Made by a program: the position numbers and the translations under genes
Shown here: in pieces, positions 40,914 through 49,041 of the stretch
How positions within the stretch are numbered: the first letter of the stretch is position 1
Layout: each line of letters begins with the position of its first letter
Notes under the pieces: model-generated
What the model was told of the DNA's origin: nothing
What the model saw: only the letters and a program-made list of their open reading frames with translations
The model's database searches: none
Source of the DNA: a virus
Taxonomy: Duplodnaviria > Caudoviricetes
Reading direction: 5' to 3' (one strand)
DNA: 64,000 nt
Virus record (IMG/VR): IMGVR_UViG_3300031992_000029
Coordinates: 73,482 to 137,481 of that record

Positions 40914-41060
40914 CTCTACGACGCCACTATTACACGAAAGGAGCAAAAAACAGAAAGGATATACAGCACTCTATACTAAGGCAAACACAGCGTGGCGAGA
41001 CTGTGTTAAAAGCAAAAAGTAGCCAAATCTTGCGGATTTGTCAAAGCAAAATCCAGCGAT

Positions 41061-41103
41061 TTTAGAACCTTTTAGAACCGTTTAGAACCATCAAGGTTCT
41101 AAA
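41061..41103. repeat. Three direct TTTAGAACC repeats plus one inverted copy
   Basis: TTTAGAACCT TTTAGAACCG TTTAGAACCA TCAA GGTTCTAAA. Confidence 0.75.
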
Positions 41104-41246
41104 TCAATTTTAAAATGGCTTATTTACGCCATTTTTCGGGCCTCTCCTTAAAGAACTATCAGAGGGAAACCCGGTTCCATTTCAATATAACAAGTATTGT
41201 TTCAATACTAGCCAAAAATTCAAAGTAGTCATAAAATTAATTTAAT

Positions 41247-41480
41247 TTCCAAAAGAAACAATAGAATCAGCATATGTTTTAAAGCTCAGAGATCCTGATT
41301 GTGATCAGCTGGAGGCAGCTCCTGGGATATCTGAATTGGTAGTGGCAGCTGGCTCTTGAGGGCCCAGATCCTGCTGAATTCATTCGGCGGGCGGGTCTTG
41401 CCGTTCCCACAAAGTGATACCGTCGTTTACAACTGGCGGCACAGATTAAAATCTGTAATACATTGCTATTGTTTTGGAAG
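41247..41480 (-). ncRNA. Retron-like msr-msd ncRNA copy 5
   Basis: Inverted repeat TTCCAAAA..AACAATAG.AAT, G, ACAGAT-TTTA-ATCTGT, GCCGCC-AGTTGTAAAC-GACGGT, ATCACTTTGTGG. Confidence 0.82.
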
Positions 41481-41495
41481 TTGAATAATTATTTA

Positions 41496-41732
41496 TTATA
41501 TAATACTGAATATATCTTCGATTTTTATATCCTCTTCTTCCTCTATATGACGAAGAAATTCCTCATGCAGATAAAGAGATCCAGTATCGGTTTGTATAAG
41601 ATATCTATTTCCATATTTGTTACTGTACTCCATCACGCTACCGACAATACCATTAAAATATCTATAATATACACTATCTTTTGGTACCGTGATGACAACG
41701 CATTCTCCTATATTAAATTCATGGCACATCAT
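41496..41732 (-). CDS. KOW/SH3-like array protein
   Basis: FNIGECV...EDIKIEDIFSII. Confidence 0.8.
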   Translation of the reverse strand: MMCHEFNIGECVVITVPKDSVYYRYFNGIVGSVMEYSNKYGNRYLIQTDTGSLYLHEEFLRHIEEEEDIKIEDIFSII

Positions 41733-41956
41733 ATAATACCTGACAGGTCAACAGCTTCTATATCTTCATCATCTTCTGCGAGTTCAAGATGCTTACCAGA
41801 CATTACTATTGCACAATTTTCATTTATACCTACATGAAACTGACCGAGAGCGTTAATGTAAACTACCGTTCCGACGTGACCGTTGAAACCAGCTCGCATA
41901 TCCTTGGAACCCTCTGGCATTTTTATTACAACTCTGTCACCAATTTGGAATTTCAT
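41729..41956 (-). CDS. KOW/SH3-like array protein
   Basis: KFQIGDRV...EDIEAVDLSGII. Confidence 0.8.
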   Translation of the reverse strand: MKFQIGDRVVIKMPEGSKDMRAGFNGHVGTVVYINALGQFHVGINENCAIVMSGKHLELAEDDEDIEAVDLSGII

Positions 41957-41968
41957 TTATCCCTCCAG

Positions 41969-42202
41969 TTACATAATGTTAAATAAATCTTCAGCATCTA
42001 TTTCCTCGTCAGGTTCAAGACGCTTAATACGCCTAACATATTTCACAGGCCACCAACCATTATCAGCTCCGTCAACTTTTACAAATTCACTGACCGCATC
42101 TTCTCCTGTATCTTTCACTGTGCAAATACAACCGTCGTACTTGTGGAATACACTGCGTTCTGGACATTCTATGATGACGGTATCACCTATATGAAATTTC
42201 AT
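41969..42202 (-). CDS. KOW/SH3-like array protein
   Basis: KFHIGDTV...EEIDAEDLFNIM. Confidence 0.8.
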   Translation of the reverse strand: MKFHIGDTVIIECPERSVFHKYDGCICTVKDTGEDAVSEFVKVDGADNGWWPVKYVRRIKRLEPDEEIDAEDLFNIM

Positions 42203-42212
42203 TTTTTAAACC

Positions 42213-42452
42213 TCATGACATAATGTCGCTTAAGTCAACAAGTTCTATCAGTTCATCTTGTTCTGGTTTGTAGTGTCTTACGTATCCAGGTGGCAAAAAT
42301 TTCCATTTAAACTCATCTTCCGATGAGATTTTTACCCACCCCATATTATCGATAGCTATAACTTCTTTGATAAGCCCGTTATATGATTCAACTATGCTTC
42401 CAGGTGGACATGTTATAATTACTGTATCTCCAACCTTAAAATCCCTGTCCAT
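42213..42452 (-). CDS. KOW/SH3-like array protein
   Basis: FKVGDTV...ELIELVDLSDIMS. Confidence 0.8.
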   Translation of the reverse strand: MDRDFKVGDTVIITCPPGSIVESYNGLIKEVIAIDNMGWVKISSEDEFKWKFLPPGYVRHYKPEQDELIELVDLSDIMS

Positions 42453-42462
42453 AAAACCAACC

Positions 42463-42696
42463 TCACATTATACTTGACAAATCCTGTAACTCTATCTCTT
42501 CATCTTTCTCCTCTTTTACGAGAAAGCTCGGAGGCCACCAATGTATTACTCTGCATTCGTTAAGTTTTACCCATCCCATATCGTCGATCTCAAGAACCTC
42601 GTGAGCACTACCTTCATATTCTTCTTTGAAGTCGTTATGAGATTCAAAGTTCAACGGGAATGTTATTATTACAATATCTCCTTTTTTAAATTCCAT
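42463..42696 (-). CDS. KOW/SH3-like array protein
   Basis: FKKGDIV...EEIELQDLSSIM. Confidence 0.8.
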   Translation of the reverse strand: MEFKKGDIVIITFPLNFESHNDFKEEYEGSAHEVLEIDDMGWVKLNECRVIHWWPPSFLVKEEKDEEIELQDLSSIM

Positions 42697-42726
42697 GATA
42701 TCACCGCATGCTGAATTCGATTTCCA

Positions 42727-42972
42727 TTAGATTCCTCCGATCAGCATATTCATATCAGCCTGTTCTATGTTTTCGTCTACATTATCGCCACCGAAGTGTT
42801 CTAACCACTCGATGGGCCAAAGGCCATCATCTGTATTTGATAACGCTACGAAAGTCTCGTTAAACTTTTCAGATATTGTTGTAACTACACCATTGAATTT
42901 TTTGTAATACAGTGTGTCTTTTCTATCATCTGGTATTTTCAGTACAACCACATCGTCTTTGTTAAATACCAT
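42727..42972 (-). CDS. KOW/SH3-like array protein
   Basis: FNKDDVV...ENIEQADMNMLI. Confidence 0.8.
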   Translation of the reverse strand: MVFNKDDVVVLKIPDDRKDTLYYKKFNGVVTTISEKFNETFVALSNTDDGLWPIEWLEHFGGDNVDENIEQADMNMLIGGI

Positions 42973-42987
42973 ATACGCCTCCTAATA

Positions 42988-43245
42988 TCAGAACAGGAAT
43001 GATATATCTTGTGGATGAATATTCTCTTCGACATCGTCTCCTGTTCGTACTGGTTCGAGCCAATCCTGGTTGAATAACCAGCCTTTATACCTGACATAAC
43101 CGGTGTCGTCATTGACAAAATCAATTTTAAATGTGCATCCGTCCAAACTATCCATTGAAGAAACCCAGCGAGGCATATCGTATATATGATCACCGCTTGG
43201 TTTCCTAATGGTAACTTTGTCTCCTACATTAAACTTAAAACGCAT
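42988..43245 (-). CDS. KOW/SH3-like array protein
   Basis: FNVGDKV...ENIHPQDISFLF. Confidence 0.8.
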   Translation of the reverse strand: MRFKFNVGDKVTIRKPSGDHIYDMPRWVSSMDSLDGCTFKIDFVNDDTGYVRYKGWLFNQDWLEPVRTGDDVEENIHPQDISFLF

Positions 43246-43258
43246 TACAACCTCTTTC

Positions 43259-43549
43259 TTAAGCATAAAGCATATCCAGTTCTGTTGCTGCTATACTTTC
43301 CTCCACCTCATCCTCGTATTGCCTGGAGATAAGAGTAAGCCAGTCCTCGGCAAACCAATATCCATGATACCAGATATCATGACCGTCGATATTGGAGTAT
43401 AATTCTTCGGTGATCTCGAATATTTCACCATCGAAATCATCCATGTCTTCGTACCATCCAGGTCCGACATTTTCTATTTCGTCACGGTCGCCATCAGGCA
43501 TATTAATCCTGACGATATCGCCAACCTGAAATTGAAATTTCCGTTTCAT
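43259..43549 (-). CDS. KOW/SH3-like array protein
   Basis: FQVGDIV...ESIAATELDMLYA. Confidence 0.8.
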   Translation of the reverse strand: MKRKFQFQVGDIVRINMPDGDRDEIENVGPGWYEDMDDFDGEIFEITEELYSNIDGHDIWYHGYWFAEDWLTLISRQYEDEVEESIAATELDMLYA

Positions 43550-43558
43550 AATCCTCCT

Positions 43559-43768
43559 TTACAACATTGCCAGGATATCTTCCGGTGAGATATCATCGTC
43601 TGCATCATTCATTTCATCTGGAATAATAGCAACGATCGGAGACTCGATAATAAATTCTTCAGCTGTGCACATACCAACAAACCAATCATCCCCATCATGA
43701 TAGTATTTCGGTTCGTTTGTAGCCTGTCGTATTCTGCAAAGTAATTCATCGACATCTATAAGTCTCAT
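43559..43768 (-). CDS. Unrelated (MRLID-type) protein carrying the array's acidic tail
   Basis: MRLIDVDEL...DDISPEDILAML. Confidence 0.75.
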   Translation of the reverse strand: MRLIDVDELLCRIRQATNEPKYYHDGDDWFVGMCTAEEFIIESPIVAIIPDEMNDADDDISPEDILAML

Positions 43769-43776
43769 AATTCACC

Positions 43777-44010
43777 TCAAAATAAAATGGATAAATCCTG
43801 AACGTTGATTTCTTCCTCATTTCCATCGCTGTAAAAATCGATCCATTCTAAGTACGTTCTGAATGTCTCACTGGCCCATTTTCCTCTATCTTTGGTTTCT
43901 AAATCAACCGTATCCCCGTCTATTTTGGTTATATATCCAACGAAGCCAGGTCTATAGGATGTTTCATTAACTACTACTACAACGTCTCCTACGTGAAATT
44001 TACATTTCAT
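43777..44010 (-). CDS. KOW/SH3-like array protein
   Basis: KFHVGDVV...EEINVQDLSILF. Confidence 0.8.
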   Translation of the reverse strand: MKCKFHVGDVVVVVNETSYRPGFVGYITKIDGDTVDLETKDRGKWASETFRTYLEWIDFYSDGNEEEINVQDLSILF

Positions 44011-44018
44011 AATGCCTC

Positions 44019-44258
44019 CTACTCGAAAAGAGCCTGCAGGTCTTCGCTCTCGAAGTTATCTTCGTCGTAAACCTGTTCTAACCACACCTTACTAAAATAA
44101 AGGTCTCCGAACCCGTCAATCTTTACATCATAATCGTCGGCATAGATGATCTTACCGCTCTTGCCGAGATACTTTTTCATGCCGCTTAACCACATCAGAC
44201 TAGATCTCAAATGAGGTTTGGGCCCTACAAGTTTAACTACATCGCCAACGTCAAACAT
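44019..44258 (-). CDS. KOW/SH3-like array protein
   Basis: FDVGDVV...DNFESEDLQALFE. Confidence 0.8.
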   Translation of the reverse strand: MFDVGDVVKLVGPKPHLRSSLMWLSGMKKYLGKSGKIIYADDYDVKIDGFGDLYFSKVWLEQVYDEDNFESEDLQALFE

Positions 44259-44267
44259 ATTCCCTCC

Positions 44268-44498
44268 TTAATACAGGATTGATAAATCCTGTGCTTCAAA
44301 ACTGTCATCGGTATGGAACGGTTTAAGCCACGATACATGTGCGAGGCACTGTTTATGTCTTGCATTGCAATTTTCTAATCTTACGAAATTTCCGCCAGAT
44401 GACTTCCTGGTTATCACCCCAACGTACCCGTTACTTTTGAAACTGAAATCGTTTGGTTTATTAATTATTACAACATCGCCTATGCAAAACTTCCCCAT
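44268..44498 (-). CDS. KOW/SH3-like array protein
   Basis: FCIGDVV...DSFEAQDLSILY. Confidence 0.8.
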   Translation of the reverse strand: MGKFCIGDVVIINKPNDFSFKSNGYVGVITRKSSGGNFVRLENCNARHKQCLAHVSWLKPFHTDDSFEAQDLSILY

Positions 44499-44519
44499 AC
44501 CACACCTCGCCTTCTTATT

Positions 44520-44825
44520 TTAAACACTAAATAACTCGGAGATATCTTCTACATCTATCGACTCATCTTCTTCATATTTTTCGAACCATTTAACTGGTAA
44601 AAATGCATCAGCCATGAATTCCTCAGACCATATTGCGTCGTCTAGTCCGTATCCTCTTTTTCTTACTTCTGAGACAGTCATGATACTTCCGGCATGAATA
44701 TCATCACTTACAAATTTCATGTCATGTAATAGATCTATGACATGTTGTGGTGCTACAAGTACTACCTTATCTCCTGGTGCGACAAGTGCTACCTCTCCTG
44801 CGTGAAATTTATGTTTTGTTTCCAT
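44520..44825 (-). CDS. KOW/SH3-like array protein
   Basis: PGDKVV...ESIDVEDISELFSV. Confidence 0.8.
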   Translation of the reverse strand: METKHKFHAGEVALVAPGDKVVLVAPQHVIDLLHDMKFVSDDIHAGSIMTVSEVRKRGYGLDDAIWSEEFMADAFLPVKWFEKYEEDESIDVEDISELFSV

Positions 44826-44829
44826 TTTG

Positions 44830-45081
44830 TTACCATATACATGAGATGTCCGTTTTATCAAATACCTCTTCTGTCTCTTCTTTTACGAGCTGAAGCCAAT
44901 TGATATTGAAGAAAGAAAACGAATCATCGTTACTAAGCAAGGCGGTGTTATCGCCAAAGACATCAAATACAATAAAAATTTTCCCATCGTACTTATCCAT
45001 ATCTGCAACCCATATTGGATGTTCCCAAACATCTAGTGGTTTATGAACTACAACAACATCGCCTTTAGATATCTTACTCAT
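44830..45081 (-). CDS. KOW/SH3-like array protein
   Basis: SKGDVV...EVFDKTDISCIW. Confidence 0.8.
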   Translation of the reverse strand: MSKISKGDVVVVHKPLDVWEHPIWVADMDKYDGKIFIVFDVFGDNTALLSNDDSFSFFNINWLQLVKEETEEVFDKTDISCIW

Positions 45082-45337
45082 ACAAATCTCCGATTTCTGT
45101 ATCAAATTCGTCATCATGATGTGTTGCTGATGTAGCGAGTGACAGCCATGTCCGATGGAACGCGAGGTGCTCGTTTATGTCAAGCACATAGAATCCATGT
45201 TTTAGACTGAATATCTTTGTAACAAATGTAACGGCGTTATCATACGATTCATATTCCTTTCTGGCTGCACTGCTTACTTCGTCAGGGATTTTAATTACCA
45301 CCTCATCCCCAACCATTAATTCATCTTTTCCGTCCAT
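45074..45337 (-). CDS. KOW/SH3-like array protein
   Basis: MVGDEVV...DEFDTEIGDLYE. Confidence 0.8.
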   Translation of the reverse strand: MDGKDELMVGDEVVIKIPDEVSSAARKEYESYDNAVTFVTKIFSLKHGFYVLDINEHLAFHRTWLSLATSATHHDDEFDTEIGDLYE

Positions 45338-45346
45338 GTTGCCTCC

Positions 45347-45577
45347 CTAAAGAGCCAAGAAATCCTCTGGTTTTATATCTTCATCCTCTTCGTATGGTTC
45401 AAGCCACTCCTCATCCAGAAAGTTGGCACATTTGTCAAGTAAATACCAGTTTTTTATGCAGCCAACATATTCGACTCTACCAACGATACCGAAATAACTT
45501 TCCTTGCTTCCCATTTTTTCCTTTGGACCACACACATGGACTATGTCGCCTTTCTTGTATTTATGATGCATTACCAC
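45347..45577 (-). CDS. KOW/SH3-like array protein
   Basis: YKKGDIV...EDIKPEDFLAL. Confidence 0.8.
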   Translation of the reverse strand: MVMHHKYKKGDIVHVCGPKEKMGSKESYFGIVGRVEYVGCIKNWYLLDKCANFLDEEWLEPYEEDEDIKPEDFLAL

Positions 45578-45873
45578 AAACCTCCGATATCGCAGGCCGT
45601 GATTTCCTCGTCACCGAAGGCGTCTGTATATGGGACAAGCCACTGCTCATCGAATGACCACATGATACACTCGATTCTTGACTCAGCTATTTTTCCGTCT
45701 ACCAAGAGCCGGCATGTGAAGCATGAATCGTTGAATTCAGATTCACTATTTACAATACCATGCTTTCCGATATATTCATCCATTTGTGGATTCCAGTACA
45801 AAGGCGACGTTACACCGTTCGGACCGACAATAATAACCTCGTCGCCCTTTCTAAATCTTCTCTCTCTGTCCAT
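45571..45873 (-). CDS. KOW/SH3-like array protein
   Basis: FRKGDEV...EEITACDIGGLW. Confidence 0.8.
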   Translation of the reverse strand: MDRERRFRKGDEVIIVGPNGVTSPLYWNPQMDEYIGKHGIVNSESEFNDSCFTCRLLVDGKIAESRIECIMWSFDEQWLVPYTDAFGDEEITACDIGGLW

Positions 45874-45874
45874 G

Positions 45875-46144
45875 TTAGCCCCCTATGATCGAAGATAAAT
45901 CTTCGATTTCAAACTCATCATCTACGCATTCACTGACATGTCTGACCCATCTTTTGTCGTAGTAGAAATCGACATACGCGGGTATATATTTATTGGGTTT
46001 AATCTTGACCGTTAATTCTGACACACTCGATATAGTTCCTACCATATCGACATAAGGTTCCATGCTAGGCAACCAACTGACTCCAATTGACTGCTCACCT
46101 TCGGTCGGGCCAACTAGTATAACATTGTCTCCTATACTAAACAT
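45875..46144 (-). CDS. KOW/SH3-like array protein
   Basis: FSIGDNV...DEFEIEDLSSII. Confidence 0.8.
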   Translation of the reverse strand: MFSIGDNVILVGPTEGEQSIGVSWLPSMEPYVDMVGTISSVSELTVKIKPNKYIPAYVDFYYDKRWVRHVSECVDDEFEIEDLSSIIGG

Positions 46145-46353
46145 GTTAAATCCTCCACGATTATCTCGCACTCTTCAATAGGTTTAAGCCATGTGTCTAG
46201 GAATATGAATTTAGATTCCTCTAAGCGTACTCCTATTCCTGATACGGAAGATACGATCATTGTCTTTCCGACGAACCTGTTCATGGATTTTACCCATCCA
46301 TTTGTTTCTGATTGTGGCCCGATGACTTTTACCATATCTCCTACATTAAGCAT
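46132..46353 (-). CDS. KOW/SH3-like array protein
   Basis: LNVGDMV...EIIVEDLTCLV. Confidence 0.8.
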   Translation of the reverse strand: MLNVGDMVKVIGPQSETNGWVKSMNRFVGKTMIVSSVSGIGVRLEESKFIFLDTWLKPIEECEIIVEDLTCLV

Positions 46354-46586
46354 CTCAGATCCTCTGCCTCAAAATCGTCTTCAGCTATAGGGGATAGCCA
46401 ACTTTCACCATATGACCAAACCTGACCAACCATTTCATATGCCTTTCCTTTACGATAAACCCTCGATATACACTGTATAGTTCTATCGTACCTATCCATA
46501 TTCGAAACCCACGTCGGTTCGTCTGGGAAGTTTTTAACACCATTTTCAGGCTTATGAATGATTACCATATCTCCTACATTAAACAT
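46341..46586 (-). CDS. KOW/SH3-like array protein
   Basis: FNVGDMV...DDFEAEDLRCLM. Confidence 0.8.
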   Translation of the reverse strand: MFNVGDMVIIHKPENGVKNFPDEPTWVSNMDRYDRTIQCISRVYRKGKAYEMVGQVWSYGESWLSPIAEDDFEAEDLRCLM

Positions 46587-46828
46587 GATATATCCTCCGT
46601 CTCAAATTCTTCCTCGGGTTCGGGTACGTGGGATAACCAGCTTGAGCCATAAGTCCATATCTGATTAGCCAGCTCTATCCATTTCCCATCGTTGTAGATA
46701 TACGAGATGCGCTGTTCTGTTCCGTCGTATTTATCCATACTTGAAACCCACATCGGTTCGTCTGGGAAATTTCTAAAACCATGCTCGGGTTTATGAACGA
46801 TTACTCTATCTCCTACATTAAATTCCAT
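46574..46828 (-). CDS. KOW/SH3-like array protein
   Basis: FNVGDRV...EEFETEDISCLM. Confidence 0.8.
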   Translation of the reverse strand: MEFNVGDRVIVHKPEHGFRNFPDEPMWVSSMDKYDGTEQRISYIYNDGKWIELANQIWTYGSSWLSHVPEPEEEFETEDISCLM

Positions 46829-47049
46829 ATATCCTCCGTTGAGAATTCTTCATCCTCTTCGACATGAGATATCCAATCTGTAACAAAAAGTACTCCGTCG
46901 CATTCGTCGAGAGACACTATGCCGGAGCTGTTAATGTCCTTGATCGTTGTGATCATTCCCAAATATTTATCCCTGGTTGACCACAAGTAATCATATGCTC
47001 CACTTCCATCAGGTCCAGTTATTTCAACGACGTCACCTACATCAAACAT
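46813..47049 (-). CDS. KOW/SH3-like array protein
   Basis: FDVGDVV...EEFSTEDIWNLM. Confidence 0.8.
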   Translation of the reverse strand: MFDVGDVVEITGPDGSGAYDYLWSTRDKYLGMITTIKDINSSGIVSLDECDGVLFVTDWISHVEEDEEFSTEDIWNLM

Positions 47050-47285
47050 AATATATCCTCCGTGTCGAAATATTCCTCCTCCTCTTCGTGAAGGAGTTCG
47101 ATCCATCTTACGCTGAAGTACCACGGGATACCTTCAAGATGGACAGTTTTCCCGCTTCCGCTTACGCTTGATATTTTGAATGTTTTGTTATCATACCTAT
47201 CCATCGGGTTGACCCATCCTGGTTCATCATGTCTTATTGCCGAAGGCTTGTGCACAATAACAGTGTCTCCAGCTTTGTATTTCAC
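47037..47285 (-). CDS. KOW/SH3-like array protein (first of the array, GTGA overlap with the RT stop)
   Basis: KYKAGDTV...EYFDTEDILCLM. Confidence 0.8.
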   Translation of the reverse strand: MKYKAGDTVIVHKPSAIRHDEPGWVNPMDRYDNKTFKISSVSGSGKTVHLEGIPWYFSVRWIELLHEEEEEYFDTEDILCLM

Positions 47286-48463
47286 GACACAGACACACCA
47301 CCTCTCAGATCGTTTTTGATCTCAGATACGATATCCATGTTGAACTTCTTACTGAGATGTTCAACAAGTGCGCTGATAGACTCTCTCTCTATCATCATGT
47401 AGTAGCTACGATGACCTTCGAGAACCTGGACATCGTGGAAATCCCACTGGATTCCATTCCTTTTGTCCATTGCGTAGTTCGACAGCATTGCCGTGAACTG
47501 CTTTCTTCTCTTGTGTCCGATAGTGATCTCGTTGTTTGCGTTAAGCATAACGCCGAGATTCCAATTAGAACCTGCGGAAGAACCGTAGCGTGTTTTCTTC
47601 GACTTGATCGTGAACGGTGCGTCGAAGCTGGAGAGTGTATCTACGATGAACGCCTCGGCTTCCTTGTAGTTGAAATCGTATCTACACGATACAAGAAAGT
47701 CGTCTGCGTACCTTGTGTATACACAGTAATTTTCCACTTCGTTCCCATCTTTATCATGATATTTGAAGTTTCTGAACCCGTTGTAGAGTTTGAAGTCAAC
47801 GGGTATCATAATAATGTTAGTGATAATGGGGCTGATTGGGGTTCCCTGAGGGAGTCCACCGTCAAGGAATGCCAGCTCAAGAGCCTTTTCAAGCTCCGCT
47901 CGCCCAACATCATCGAGACAAACCTGACTGAATGGGAAAATCCACTGAAGCATATCCATAACGTACTTCAGTGTTGTGCTGCCAAAGAAGTTAGATAAAT
48001 CAAACTTGGCAAACCATTTCGATCCATTCCTCTGGTGTCTTTTGATCGAGTCAATGGTTGACCTTTTCTTGATGTACGCAAATGCAGAAGTGTGATACAG
48101 GGCATGACAATCTTCCTCAAAGATTGCCTTCAGATTCCTGAGTGCCGCCTTAAGCTCCTCATTAGGAGCGTCGATCTTTCTGAGGCCACCTGACTTCTTA
48201 GGAATGTAGAACTCTGAATACAGTTCTTTTCTCGGAACCTTCCTGAGCTCCTCTGTCTGCTCATTGAACTGTTTCAGCTTATTTATGATGTTGTCGATAT
48301 CGACGAGGCCCTGAAATTTTTCGCCGATATATTCCACTTCGTATGTTCTTGTGTTTGTCTCGTTCGAGACATACAGCGGAACCTTTGAATCATTTCCAAA
48401 AAGAAATTCCTCAAGTGTCATCTGGTGGTATGCAGGTGACTGCGGTACAGTTACATAAAACAT
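47282..48463 (-). CDS. Retron-type reverse transcriptase
   Basis: IPKKSGGLRKIDAP, AFAYIKKRS..SIKRH (region X-like), KFDLSNFF, LPQGTPISP, YTRYADD, NLGV (VTG-like); no maturase or endonuclease domain; ncRNA directly upstream. Confidence 0.92.
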   Translation of the reverse strand: MFYVTVPQSPAYHQMTLEEFLFGNDSKVPLYVSNETNTRTYEVEYIGEKFQGLVDIDNIINKLKQFNEQTEELRKVPRKELYSEFYIPKKSGGLRKIDAPNEELKAALRNLKAIFEEDCHALYHTSAFAYIKKRSTIDSIKRHQRNGSKWFAKFDLSNFFGSTTLKYVMDMLQWIFPFSQVCLDDVGRAELEKALELAFLDGGLPQGTPISPIITNIIMIPVDFKLYNGFRNFKYHDKDGNEVENYCVYTRYADDFLVSCRYDFNYKEAEAFIVDTLSSFDAPFTIKSKKTRYGSSAGSNWNLGVMLNANNEITIGHKRRKQFTAMLSNYAMDKRNGIQWDFHDVQVLEGHRSYYMMIERESISALVEHLSKKFNMDIVSEIKNDLRGGVSVS

Positions 48464-48473
48464 CTTTTCGTCC

Positions 48474-48768
48474 TTTCGTATTCAACATACAGTTTCTGGG
48501 AGGCGCAGATCCTGGCGCCGGCCGTAACTTAAGCTCGCTGTGCTGGATGTAGTCGTCGATTGGATGTCCATCAAATATAGGAATGGTAGATATATTTGAT
48601 ATTTTCGTGGTTTGGAATTTATGGATGACGACTTCCCGAGGGCCGGCCATCCGGCGGAATCACTGGAGAGATGCATTGCCGCGTGGAGGTGGGTTCCTCT
48701 TTCCACACAAGGTGATACCGTCGTTTACAACTGACGGCACAGACAAATGTCTGTAATACAATACGATT
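48474..48768 (-). ncRNA. Retron-like msr-msd ncRNA copy 6 (cis to the RT)
   Basis: Inverted repeat TCGTATT/AATACGA, G, ACAGAC-ATTT-GTCTGT, GCCGTC-AGTTGTAAAC-GACGGT, msd hairpin GCCGGCC..GTCGTC..ATCAAATATA/TATATTTGAT..GACGAC..GGCCGGC. Confidence 0.88.
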
Positions 48769-48769
48769 C

Positions 48770-48798
48770 AAAAAGCCGGGCTAAATTAATAGCCCGGC
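48770..48798 (-). terminator. Intrinsic terminator after the E1 region
   Basis: GCCGGGCTA-loop-TAGCCCGGC-TTTTT. Confidence 0.8.
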
Positions 48799-49041
48799 AA
48801 CATCTGACCGTACCTGGTACGCAGTGAGATTCAATCTTCCTCGAAAGACTGGAAAGAACAGGTATGACGCAAGCGCCATTCCCGCTGAAACCTGGTTTCT
48901 AACTCCTTATGCGTGTACGGTGCTGATATATATACCACGCCTGGTACGCAACCATAGGATATGCGTGTGTGGTCATAAACAAAAGTCGGTCTTCCCCTCA
49001 AGGAATACCTATAAAAACCAAATGAGGTTTTTGTTCAAACA

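Noticed and set aside
47282-48463. RT as a DGR or group II intron RT diversifying the paralog array
   Set aside because: The motifs are retron-like (PQG rather than the DGR-type GN/SQ, region X/Y-like segments). I found no TR/VR pair differing only at adenines, no Avd and no maturase or intron structure; array divergence is not A-specific.
48411-48706. Short ORFs upstream of the RT as retron effectors (also 34151-34339)
   Set aside because: They overlap the structured ncRNAs and lack a convincing RBS or protein-like composition.
33588-48768. The repeated GTTTACAACT motif as a CRISPR array
   Set aside because: Copies are hundreds to thousands of bases apart, vary with compensatory changes, and no cas operon is present.
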